Shown here one piece after another: positions 20,169-29,164 of a stretch of DNA of 64,000 nt (within the stretch, counting starts at the first letter, position 1; every line of letters starts with the position of its first letter). A program made the position numbers and the translations under genes. The notes beneath the pieces are model-generated. The model was not told where the DNA came from, searched no databases, and saw nothing but the letters and a program-made list of their open reading frames with translations. Location: the NCBI GenBank assembly GCA_038279365.1, contig JAYODI010000012.1, positions 3,859 to 67,858 on the forward strand. Reading direction: 5' to 3'. Origin of the DNA: Candidatus Latescibacterota bacterium (GTDB lineage Bacteria > Latescibacterota > UBA2968).

Positions 20169-20207
20169 ATCCGGTCAAATTTAAAATTTAATTGCTGCAA
20201 CACCTTA

Positions 20208-20915
20208 TTACCCATCTAAGCGAATGCGATAACCCAATCCGCGAATGGTTTCTATGCAATGACTTGCACGACCCAATTTTCGGCGCAATCGCCCCACATG
20301 TGTGTCTACAGTGCGCTCATACCCTCTAAATTCGTATCCCCAAACTTCCTCTAACAAGACATCACGTGTGGCAACCCGCCCTTGTCGTTTGGCCAACGCC
20401 AATAAAAGCTTAAACTCTGTTGCCGTCAAATCCAAATCCTTTTCATCTAAAAACGCGCGATAACCCTCAGGATCAATCATCAAGTCACCCAACTGAATTT
20501 CTCGCGACATCGCAGTCGGTTTTGGGGTTGGTGCACTGCGCTTTAAAATCGCCCGAATACGCAAAGCCAATTCTCGTGGAGAAAATGGCTTTATTACATA
20601 ATCATCTGCCCCCACTTCCAAACCCAAAATACGATCTATTTCTTCAGTGCGCGCCGAAAGCATTAAAACTGGAATGGTGGCAAATTCTTCATCGTCTTTT
20701 AATCGGCGACAAACTTCCAAACCATCAATACCAGGCAACCCGAGGTCGAGCAAGATCAAATCTGGGCGATCTTCTCTTACACGCCACAGAACTTCTTCGC
20801 CCTGTGCCACACATACCACATCAAAACCTTCTTTTTGAAGACTATGTGAAATAATGGCTTGGTAGTCGGCTTGATCTTCAACCACCAAAATTTTTGGTTT
20901 GGTATCTAGTTTCAT
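20208..20915 (-). CDS. OmpR/PhoB-family response regulator (paralog 3)
   Basis: VEDQ, LDLGLP, KPFSPREL, RTVDTHVGRLRRKL. Confidence 0.9.
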   Translation of the reverse strand: MKLDTKPKILVVEDQADYQAIISHSLQKEGFDVVCVAQGEEVLWRVREDRPDLILLDLGLPGIDGLEVCRRLKDDEEFATIPVLMLSARTEEIDRILGLEVGADDYVIKPFSPRELALRIRAILKRSAPTPKPTAMSREIQLGDLMIDPEGYRAFLDEKDLDLTATEFKLLLALAKRQGRVATRDVLLEEVWGYEFRGYERTVDTHVGRLRRKLGRASHCIETIRGLGYRIRLDG

Positions 20916-20927
20916 GGCATCATAATA

Positions 20928-21575
20928 TCAATGTGTATTTTGACCTAACAAATCGAACGGGTTGGCAATACTGGAAGCAATATTCGACAAATGGGCACTG
21001 ATGCGTCGCAAATATTGTGCACAACTGCTACAAACCACATCTTCACGCCCACCGCCCATATTTTGCATGAGCGCTTCCTGTATTTTATGTGTTTTTGCTT
21101 TAATCACGCGATTTTGATTCATCACCTTACGTGCTTCTTCGGCATCGCCTTCCTGAATGGCCTTTAGAGCCTGACCAAACATCGGTTCAATGATATTGCG
21201 TATTTCTGTGCAAACTTGCACCTGGGCATGTTGCAAAAAAGAATCGGTGCGCCATTGAGCCAAATAAAGCAAACTCTTATTATAATCTCCAATACGTTCG
21301 GCATCGTGAACCACACTCACCAAAGCCAATGCCGACGGCAAATCTTGGTCGGGATTCACCATGATATGTTGAAACACCAATCGACGCACCATGCGTTCGC
21401 CCATATCTATGTTTTCATCTTTTTCTACCACATCAATCGCAGGCTCTTTCCCTTCTAACAATGCCGCCATAGATGCAACAAACATGTGCTCACTTTCTAC
21501 AATCATCCGACAGGTTTCTTCTATCGCATCTCCCAATAATCCTGCATCTTTATCTCCAAACAATTTTTCAAACAT
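20928..21575 (-). CDS. PhoU-domain protein
   Basis: D..ID..ER, DAERIGDY, LRRISAHLSNIA; GGAGG RBS before MFEKL. Confidence 0.85.
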   Translation of the reverse strand: MFEKLFGDKDAGLLGDAIEETCRMIVESEHMFVASMAALLEGKEPAIDVVEKDENIDMGERMVRRLVFQHIMVNPDQDLPSALALVSVVHDAERIGDYNKSLLYLAQWRTDSFLQHAQVQVCTEIRNIIEPMFGQALKAIQEGDAEEARKVMNQNRVIKAKTHKIQEALMQNMGGGREDVVCSSCAQYLRRISAHLSNIASSIANPFDLLGQNTH

Positions 21576-21577
21576 AC

Positions 21578-22672
21578 CTACCTCCAAACAAATACAATCA
21601 CGCCAGGTATAATATAAAATACCAAAACAAGATACACAATGGCCAGCCCCCGAGCCTTGCTCGTCAATTCGGCCAAACCACGCGCAAGACGCAATGGTAT
21701 GGCCCGTATTTGACGAATGGGATAGACCAAAACAATGCCGCTCACATTAAAAAACAAATGAGCAAACGCAACAATACAGGCCGCAGGATTGCCAGTTGAA
21801 AATGCCGCCAAGAGAGCCGTAACCGTGGTCCCCACATTGGCACCTAAAGTATAAGGGAACACCTGCTCAAGCGTCACAATGCCCGCCCCCACCAAGGGAA
21901 TGATCAGCGATGTCGAAATGGAACTGCTTTGCACCAAAACGGTAAGAACCACACCAAAAACCATTGCCTGAAAAACACCACCAAACATATACTGATTTAA
22001 AACACGTTCTGCTCGAGAAATGACCAAACTCTTGGCCAAAACCACCAAATAGCGCAAAGCCAAAAACATCATCACCAAAGAAACAATCAAAACCAACCAA
22101 GGTTGTTGCCCCAACAAGTCTACCAAAAATCCAATGGCAGGTTTGGTGGCCAGCTTAAGGGGGCTTGCAAAATGTAGCCCCCCCATGCCTTCAAATACAT
22201 GCTCTACAAAAGTTGACAAATGCCTTAAATAACCAAAGGCCATTTCAAGCGGAAACAAGATCACTACCGTGATCAAATTAAAAAAATCGTGTACCGTTGC
22301 TCCTGCCAATGCGCGTTTAAATTCTTCACGTCGGGTAATGTGCCCCATAGAAACCAAGGTGTTGGTCACGCTGGTGCCTATATTGGCTCCCATAATAATG
22401 GGTATGGCTCCTTCAACAGTCAATGACCCAGCAGCCAAAAGCCCTACCGTAATAGATGTTGTTGTTGACGAACTTTGAACCAGCGTCGTGGCCAATATGC
22501 CCGTAAATAACCCAACCAACGGATTGGCCGTCATGGTCATGAGCTGATTGGCAACACCTTTGCCAAATATTTTAAACGCTTCCCCCATCAAACCGATACT
22601 GACCAAAAAGGCATACAAAATGCCCAACAACACAACAACACGCAACAACGTCTTCAAACCCTCCGAACGCAT
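21578..22672 (-). CDS. nptA: Na+/Pi cotransporter (SLC34/NptA family)
   Basis: Duplicated VQSSS and GANIGT/GANVGT motifs. Start at MRSEG. Confidence 0.92.
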   Translation of the reverse strand: MRSEGLKTLLRVVVLLGILYAFLVSIGLMGEAFKIFGKGVANQLMTMTANPLVGLFTGILATTLVQSSSTTTSITVGLLAAGSLTVEGAIPIIMGANIGTSVTNTLVSMGHITRREEFKRALAGATVHDFFNLITVVILFPLEMAFGYLRHLSTFVEHVFEGMGGLHFASPLKLATKPAIGFLVDLLGQQPWLVLIVSLVMMFLALRYLVVLAKSLVISRAERVLNQYMFGGVFQAMVFGVVLTVLVQSSSISTSLIIPLVGAGIVTLEQVFPYTLGANVGTTVTALLAAFSTGNPAACIVAFAHLFFNVSGIVLVYPIRQIRAIPLRLARGLAELTSKARGLAIVYLVLVFYIIPGVIVFVWR

Positions 22673-22802
22673 CTGCCCTCCCACACTTAAAATGGTTTTA
22701 CATGGCAATACATCCAATTACCATAACCGCGACAAATCAATGTAATTCTTCTATGCGCCAGTGTCAAAGCAAAATGCCCAAGCCTATTGGCTTGGGCAGC
22801 AA

Positions 22803-25169
22803 TCATTTGCTATTTAATACAAAGCGCATCTCAATGTTTTTTAAAGACGTCGTAATACGCTCAAAAGGTGTTGTCGAAACCAAGGTGTCAGGAGGAGATT
22901 CTACCTGCTTTAATTCCTCCAACAAACCAACAAGTTGGAGGTTATCTACTATGCGTTGTCGCTTTACATCATACCCTTTTGCTTGCACCTCAATAAGACT
23001 GGTTGGTGGCACCCATAACCGAAATTGACCATTCCGAGCGGTCGTTTGCAAAATCACTTGTCCCAATGGGTTTTTGACAAACACCTGCGCTTCCAATATC
23101 GGTTTCCCATCTGCCATTTGAATATCGCCGCGCACCACAGCTTGCACGGGCTCTGGAGGTTGATAGTCTGGTGCCCGAAAATAAATAGGATTGGTTAACG
23201 CAACCTGTGTTTCATCCGCACCGTAACATTTGGCAATATACCAACAGCCCACCGTATCTTGCAATGTCACAGCCAACTTATGGCTACGCGGGTGATCATC
23301 CAAAAGCCAAGTGTCTGCCACCTCACCATTGCGAATCAATTCGATACGTGTTAAATAATCGTCTCCGCCGCCTGCCCAAGCTTGTAGCGTTGCGCGCCGT
23401 TTACGCCCCACAGGTAAATCACTACCCGGCCCAGCTGCAAACACTGAAAACAACAACACAGGGCCACTGCTTACAAAACTGTGACCTTGTGATAATGCTT
23501 GTGACAAACGCCCCAAGGTCACATCGCCATCTAAACGCACATAGGTGCGAAATGTGCCTGGCAAAACCGGGTTATCACCATCTAATACCGCCCCGGATGA
23601 TGCCGTAGCAGCAATGCGATACCCACGGTTAAGCAAATCAAACCACATTTTTTGTGCTTGAATATCATCGGCTTTTTCTGACATCACATCCAAGCAGTCA
23701 AACGTTGGACCAGACAGCACATCAAAAACCACCCCGCTGGCATGGCGCTTGCGAGTAAACAAATTCGTATGTCCCACAAGCCCACGATCATTGTGCGCCA
23801 ACTCTTGTGCCCCCAAAACATCTTCAGCCTCTTGCGAAGAGGCCCCCATCATCCACACATCTCTCAATGGCGTTTCAAAAAAACGCCCCAAAAACGCGTA
23901 AAACCCAGTATGCATCTGCAACTCATCTTCCACCTGATATGGCAAAAGCGTCGCATCCAAATAGTTGGTAAAAACTGCCCAATCCAAACCCACAGCGCGC
24001 GTTGCTCTTACCACATCACCCATGGCAATCAAACGTTTCATTTCGCCACTGACACCCTTTACATTTACATCTCCGGCCAACCAACCCCGCGCTTTCAAAT
24101 CTATCCAAGACCGAATGGGTAAATCGACAACAACAGAATCACCTGCAACCACCGCTATTTCTTGCACTGGAGGAACGATTTGTGTTGGTCCAACTTGTGC
24201 AGTTATCCACCAGGTGCCAGAGGGCACAAATATCTCATATACACCCAGACAGGCTTGGCGCCAGACAACCTGTTTGAGTGAATCTTGCACCACCACAAAC
24301 CCCGATTGATCCAATTGGGTTTCGGCATCAAAAAGACGCCCAACAACACGCCCAGCCCAGGCATCGCCCAAAACATATTGTGCCGATACATCACCCGACC
24401 GCGCCCACACCTTGCCCCCCCCAACAAAGGGATCACCAACTTCCAATACAAACGCAACGCTGCCATTTTGTGTGGTAAGCCAACGAGGTGCTTTCCCGAC
24501 ATCAGAATCCAAAACGACCACCGTGCCATCTTTGATGGGCATCCCTGTGCTGTCTTGAACCACAACCTGCACCCGTGTTTGGCGTTTATTCGAAACCAAA
24601 CGGGTAGAAACATCTATTTTTTGGGGGGCTACATCTGAAAAATGCGAAAAAGAAACCGAATCGAACCACACGTCAAATGGCTCAAAATTTTTGTCCCAGT
24701 CTTCTGCCAAACACAAGATGCGAGCAAACTGAGCCATTTTAGGAGCAACAACAGTACCTGCAACTTGCTCCCACTCATCTCCTCCAAGGGCCTTTGACGA
24801 GGTTCCCCAAGGCCAAACCATTTGTTTCATATTGGCATCAAACCATTGTACATTCAAAAAAGCACGCCGTGTAAATGCTGCATCAAATTTAATATGGGCT
24901 CGCAGGTTGTAGGTGGCTCCGCCAATAACAGAAACAGCCTGAGAAACCATGCCTGTTCCCAAACGGGGTTTCACCACAGACACACGCCCAGAAGCTTTTC
25001 CCTGATGTTTCACAGACCGATCAGCAACCCCCTCCAACGCATGATGAGGTTCCCAACCTATGAGATGATCAGATTGCCCAATTTGCTCAAAATCAGCATT
25101 TAAAACAGGCGCTGCATCCAAACGCAATGCAAATAAAAAACACAAACCCAATAATCGCCAATGCATCAT
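22803..25169 (-). CDS. Secreted CehA/McbA-like PHP-fold protein with N-terminal carbohydrate-binding-like domain
   Basis: W.DLLNRGYRI, FRTYV, G.SFVSSGP, ALTNPIY; the metal-ligand motifs look degenerate. Confidence 0.7.
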   Translation of the reverse strand: MMHWRLLGLCFLFALRLDAAPVLNADFEQIGQSDHLIGWEPHHALEGVADRSVKHQGKASGRVSVVKPRLGTGMVSQAVSVIGGATYNLRAHIKFDAAFTRRAFLNVQWFDANMKQMVWPWGTSSKALGGDEWEQVAGTVVAPKMAQFARILCLAEDWDKNFEPFDVWFDSVSFSHFSDVAPQKIDVSTRLVSNKRQTRVQVVVQDSTGMPIKDGTVVVLDSDVGKAPRWLTTQNGSVAFVLEVGDPFVGGGKVWARSGDVSAQYVLGDAWAGRVVGRLFDAETQLDQSGFVVVQDSLKQVVWRQACLGVYEIFVPSGTWWITAQVGPTQIVPPVQEIAVVAGDSVVVDLPIRSWIDLKARGWLAGDVNVKGVSGEMKRLIAMGDVVRATRAVGLDWAVFTNYLDATLLPYQVEDELQMHTGFYAFLGRFFETPLRDVWMMGASSQEAEDVLGAQELAHNDRGLVGHTNLFTRKRHASGVVFDVLSGPTFDCLDVMSEKADDIQAQKMWFDLLNRGYRIAATASSGAVLDGDNPVLPGTFRTYVRLDGDVTLGRLSQALSQGHSFVSSGPVLLFSVFAAGPGSDLPVGRKRRATLQAWAGGGDDYLTRIELIRNGEVADTWLLDDHPRSHKLAVTLQDTVGCWYIAKCYGADETQVALTNPIYFRAPDYQPPEPVQAVVRGDIQMADGKPILEAQVFVKNPLGQVILQTTARNGQFRLWVPPTSLIEVQAKGYDVKRQRIVDNLQLVGLLEELKQVESPPDTLVSTTPFERITTSLKNIEMRFVLNSK

Positions 25170-27188
25170 CTACTCCGGTTTCAATGATTCTAAAATTTCT
25201 TTCACTTTATCGTGCTTGTCACCCAAATCACCCAAAGCAAGATAACCTTGGTAAATGCTCACTGCATCATCTATCCGCCCGGCTTGTTGATAATAACCGC
25301 CCAAGTTAAACAACACATCAGGCGAAATCGGATTGTTTGTCAAAAAGTCTTCGCATGCCACAATCGCTTGATCAACATTACCCTGTGAATAATAGGCTCC
25401 GCTCAAGTTCACAACAACTTCTGGGTCTTGAGGTGACAGGGCTAGCAGTTGGGTGTAAATCTCAGCAGCGCGTTTAAATGTGCCCAGCTTCATATATAAA
25501 TCACCCAATTTGCGATATGTTTCTAAATTGTTGGGATGAAGTACAATAATGCCTTCCAAACAGGCAGCCGCATCGGCTGAATACCCTCGGGCCACATAGG
25601 CATCAAACGAAACCTGATAGGCAGCCACGGCAAAGTCGGGGTTTTCCGTTTGAGGCCACCCTGGCAACAGACGAAACAACTTCCCAGCCTCAAAACCATC
25701 AACAGGCAGTGCAGACATCCAAGTTTTGACTTGGCTAGCATGCAAAAAAGGAAACGGTTCAGGCGACAAAAATCTTTGTCCTGCGCGCAAACTGTGTCCA
25801 ATAAAAGCATCATCCACTACCGTGCGTTGATGCATCCATTGCCAAGTGCGCCCCGTGTTTTTGGGGTTGGTATAAAATACCCAACCCGCTTTTGTTTTTT
25901 CAGCCCAAATAAGCTGACGTTTACTTTGCCAAACCACCGCCCAAGGAGATGCCACAACGCCAAAAGCACCAGGTCGTGCATCTTCTGGTATCACCACAAT
26001 CATATCTCCAGGTTGGGTTTTGGCTTGAATTTTTGCACCAAAATCAACCATGTTTTGCAATTTCGAAGCATAAGCAACACGTCTTTCTATAGAAAATCCC
26101 CACGTATTTTCTGTGTATCTCACACACACCACCTGGATTACCACCAATGCCACGGCCAAAACCCATACCATGGTTTGAACAGTTTCCTGTAATCCTTCTG
26201 CCAAATAGTGGCTTCCCTCACGCCAGACAGTCCCCAAACCCAATACATAAATGGGAGCCCAAACAGCCAAAAACACACCCTCATCGCCACCTGTCACACG
26301 GGGCAACTGATACACAAAAAAAGGCACACAATAAGCACACAACCAAATAAACCGCTCACGATGCAAAAATGCCATCAAACACATACCTAAAATACCAAAG
26401 ACAAACCCACCCCAACCAAACAGTTGGGCATGCATTGAAATTTGTCGAACCAAACCCGATAAAAGCGCGCTGGGACCCAATTCGCCATAACCGTCTGCGA
26501 CACCTCCCAACATATAAGTCAACCAAGACCCTTCGGCACCCGAAGATCGAAATAAGAAAAACAACCACAACCAACCAAGCCCAACAACTATGCCAGCCCC
26601 CAGGGCCCACTTTTTAATCTCTTGACCACCTTCTTGACGCAACAAAAAGCCAAAACCAGCCAAAGTAAGCAACGCTACAGGATGCACACCAACTGCCACA
26701 CCAAACAAAATCCCAGAAATAAGATATCGCTGTGTATGATGAGACAACAATACTGCCAAACTAAGCCCCAAGGCCCCAAACAATACAGCACCAGGTTCTT
26801 GCACGACACTGAGTCGCATTAACAACGGAAACAAAACCAACAACAAACCACCCAAAAGCGTTTGTAAGCGATCTTTGGTTAAGCGATCCACCACAAACAT
26901 CATAGCCCCAACCCCAACAATGCCACCCAACAAAGCCAGTAACCGCAACCCCAAATCTGGGGCAAAGAAAATGCCCATCAATTTTCCCAACCACAGATAA
27001 ATAGGTTGGGGATCAATAGGCACAAATCCCAATCCGACAGCACACACCATTTCTGGTGCAATGCCCCAAAAAGGTTGTGCAAAAGTTGTCCAATGCCATA
27101 GCCAAACCACACACCCGACCAACACAACCCCAACCACACCGTACATCATATTCTGCGCCCCACCATCCACACCTTGCTGTTTATTCAC
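25170..27188 (-). CDS. Multi-pass membrane protein (GT-C/DUF2723-like) with C-terminal TPRs
   Basis: About ten hydrophobic segments followed by clear TPR repeats. Confidence 0.7.
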   Translation of the reverse strand: MNKQQGVDGGAQNMMYGVVGVVLVGCVVWLWHWTTFAQPFWGIAPEMVCAVGLGFVPIDPQPIYLWLGKLMGIFFAPDLGLRLLALLGGIVGVGAMMFVVDRLTKDRLQTLLGGLLLVLFPLLMRLSVVQEPGAVLFGALGLSLAVLLSHHTQRYLISGILFGVAVGVHPVALLTLAGFGFLLRQEGGQEIKKWALGAGIVVGLGWLWLFFLFRSSGAEGSWLTYMLGGVADGYGELGPSALLSGLVRQISMHAQLFGWGGFVFGILGMCLMAFLHRERFIWLCAYCVPFFVYQLPRVTGGDEGVFLAVWAPIYVLGLGTVWREGSHYLAEGLQETVQTMVWVLAVALVVIQVVCVRYTENTWGFSIERRVAYASKLQNMVDFGAKIQAKTQPGDMIVVIPEDARPGAFGVVASPWAVVWQSKRQLIWAEKTKAGWVFYTNPKNTGRTWQWMHQRTVVDDAFIGHSLRAGQRFLSPEPFPFLHASQVKTWMSALPVDGFEAGKLFRLLPGWPQTENPDFAVAAYQVSFDAYVARGYSADAAACLEGIIVLHPNNLETYRKLGDLYMKLGTFKRAAEIYTQLLALSPQDPEVVVNLSGAYYSQGNVDQAIVACEDFLTNNPISPDVLFNLGGYYQQAGRIDDAVSIYQGYLALGDLGDKHDKVKEILESLKPE

Positions 27189-27760
27189 GCAGAAACTCTC
27201 CCTTCCTGATTTTCAAATTTGCGCAACATCCGTTTGATTTCGCGATATTCACCAAGTGTTTCATTCAACCGCCGTGTCATAATGTTATTTAAACGCCATA
27301 TAATCTTAAAACCCAATCGAGGTGCATGTTCAATAAGCCCCATCAAATCGGCTCGAAAAAACCCCAACACATGGGTACGCTCTGCAGCAATAACAGATGC
27401 TGCTCGAGGTGCACCATCAAGCAAAGACATTTCGCCAAAAAATTGTTGTTCACCCAACCGAGCCAAATGAATATGTGACCCATCGGGCGTTTCAAGTTCC
27501 ACATTGGCACTACCCGATTGTATAATATACATCCCCACACCAGGTGCACCTTGATGAACAATCATTTCATTGGGTGAATACGCGCGCGTATGAAGCATCC
27601 AACCCACTTTGCGCAATTCGTCAGAATGTAAATCTGAGAAGATTTCAATTTCAGACAAAATCTCGCGAATATCGCGAGATCGCTGACGAGCAACCTCTAA
27701 ATCGACATCCCACTCTTCGTCAACGACAAATCGAATCTGTTTTTGTTGACCTTTCGCCAT
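27185..27760 (-). CDS. Cyclic-nucleotide-binding domain protein without HTH
   Basis: GMYIIQSG, FFGEMSLLDGAPRAASV. Confidence 0.88.
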   Translation of the reverse strand: MAKGQQKQIRFVVDEEWDVDLEVARQRSRDIREILSEIEIFSDLHSDELRKVGWMLHTRAYSPNEMIVHQGAPGVGMYIIQSGSANVELETPDGSHIHLARLGEQQFFGEMSLLDGAPRAASVIAAERTHVLGFFRADLMGLIEHAPRLGFKIIWRLNNIMTRRLNETLGEYREIKRMLRKFENQEGRVSA

Positions 27761-27836
27761 AGGCCCCACCTACTCATCCTCTCAAAATCAACCACCAAAC
27801 ACCTATAATCATGACAAATCGTTCACTAATATGGAC

Positions 27837-27887
27837 AAAAAAAAGCGGAGGGGCAAGTCTTCCGTTTCTGGGAGACCACCCTTCCGC
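27837..27887 (-). terminator. Long-stem terminator of the molybdoenzyme operon
   Basis: Minus strand GCGGAAGGG...GAAA...CCCCTCCGC followed by T8. Confidence 0.7.
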
Positions 27888-27907
27888 CATTATAAACCCA
27901 AATAAAA

Positions 27908-28147
27908 TCAAACAGATCGTATCAAACTCGACTTGTAACAACTGCGATGTGAGCCACAATTACTGGGGCACACATAATCATCATCTGGGCCAATCACGCC
28001 CATCGTACGCACGCACCAATACCCAGTTTCCGAGACGTCTTCGGTTAGGTAGGTTGCAGGAGGATCATCAGAAATGTAAGACCTTTTGCTACGTAATTGC
28101 GTACAAAAATCCAATTTAATCGGTGTTACGTTGATGGTATCTGCCAT
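27908..28147 (-). CDS. Small Cys-rich protein (79 aa), last gene of the molybdoenzyme operon
   Basis: GAGG RBS; C..LRSK, YWC..T...GPDD..VC...C...R.CY pattern. Confidence 0.75.
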   Translation of the reverse strand: MADTINVTPIKLDFCTQLRSKRSYISDDPPATYLTEDVSETGYWCVRTMGVIGPDDDYVCPSNCGSHRSCYKSSLIRSV

Positions 28148-28195
28148 ATTAAAAATCCTCAGGTAATGTACAAGCTACGGTGGTTCTTATCACGT

Positions 28196-29164
28196 TTATA
28201 CCAAAGCCATCACACCGCGTTTGACCATTGTTTTGCTCAATGTCACTTTAAAAGCATTATCACGTAGCGGTTCGGCATCCTTTAATGCCCTATTGGCAAA
28301 TGCCACAACACGCTCTTCGGTAAGCGCCTGCCCCACCAAAGAAGACGCATCAACTTGCCAAGGCTTGGGTGCCACACCTCCCAAAACCACTTGTGCTTCA
28401 CGGCAAACCCCACCCTCAACACGCAAGGCCACAGCCGCTGCCGACAAGGCAAAATCCATAGACCCTTTTTCCTTAAATTTCAAATAGGTGCTCTTGCTCC
28501 CAGACTTGGGTTTGGGCACAAACACTTCGGTAACCACTTCATTGGGCAACAAGACTGTTTCTTGGTATAAATTTTCCATGGGCAAAACAAAAAACTCAGA
28601 TGCAGGCACAGTGCGCTCACCTGTTGGCCCTTGAATTTTAATGGTCGCCTGAAGGGCAATCAACGCCGGTGCCGTATCTGAAGGATGGACAATATGACAA
28701 GGCCCCCCTCCCATAATGGCATGGTATTTGTTTTCACCATCTACAGCAAAACACTTATGACCACCCTTTTTCAAACAGTGGAACTCTTCGCCCCGATAAT
28801 ACCAACAGCGCGGGCGTTGGCACAAATTGCCACCGATCGTACCCACATTGCGAATTTGCAAAGACGCAACCGAGGCAGCAGCCTCAGACAAAGCCGTATA
28901 CATTTTAACGACATCGGCATCAGATGCCACATCGCTCAGTGTTGTGGTTGCACCAATGCGCACACCGTCTTTGCCATGCCGAATATAGCGCAAATCTAAA
29001 GCCTTGATATTAACCAGGCGATTTGGTGCAATTAAATTGTCTTTTAACTCCCCCAACAGATCAATGCCACCGGCCATCACCACCGATTTGCGGTCGCGTT
29101 TTTGGCTCAACAACTGAGGCACATCCTTCAGGTTCGACGGATTGACATATTCAAAAGCATTCAC
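28196..29164 (-). CDS. Xanthine dehydrogenase-family FAD subunit with 4Fe-4S insert (PaoB/YagS-like)
   Basis: AGGIDL, QIRNVGTIGGNLCQRPRCWYYR...C...GG..C, HPSD. Confidence 0.93.
   Translation of the reverse strand: MNAFEYVNPSNLKDVPQLLSQKRDRKSVVMAGGIDLLGELKDNLIAPNRLVNIKALDLRYIRHGKDGVRIGATTTLSDVASDADVVKMYTALSEAAASVASLQIRNVGTIGGNLCQRPRCWYYRGEEFHCLKKGGHKCFAVDGENKYHAIMGGGPCHIVHPSDTAPALIALQATIKIQGPTGERTVPASEFFVLPMENLYQETVLLPNEVVTEVFVPKPKSGSKSTYLKFKEKGSMDFALSAAAVALRVEGGVCREAQVVLGGVAPKPWQVDASSLVGQALTEERVVAFANRALKDAEPLRDNAFKVTLSKTMVKRGVMALV

Noticed and set aside
22696-22735. Pho box upstream of nptA
   Set aside because: One good heptamer (TTGTCGC); the others are degenerate and out of 11-bp register.
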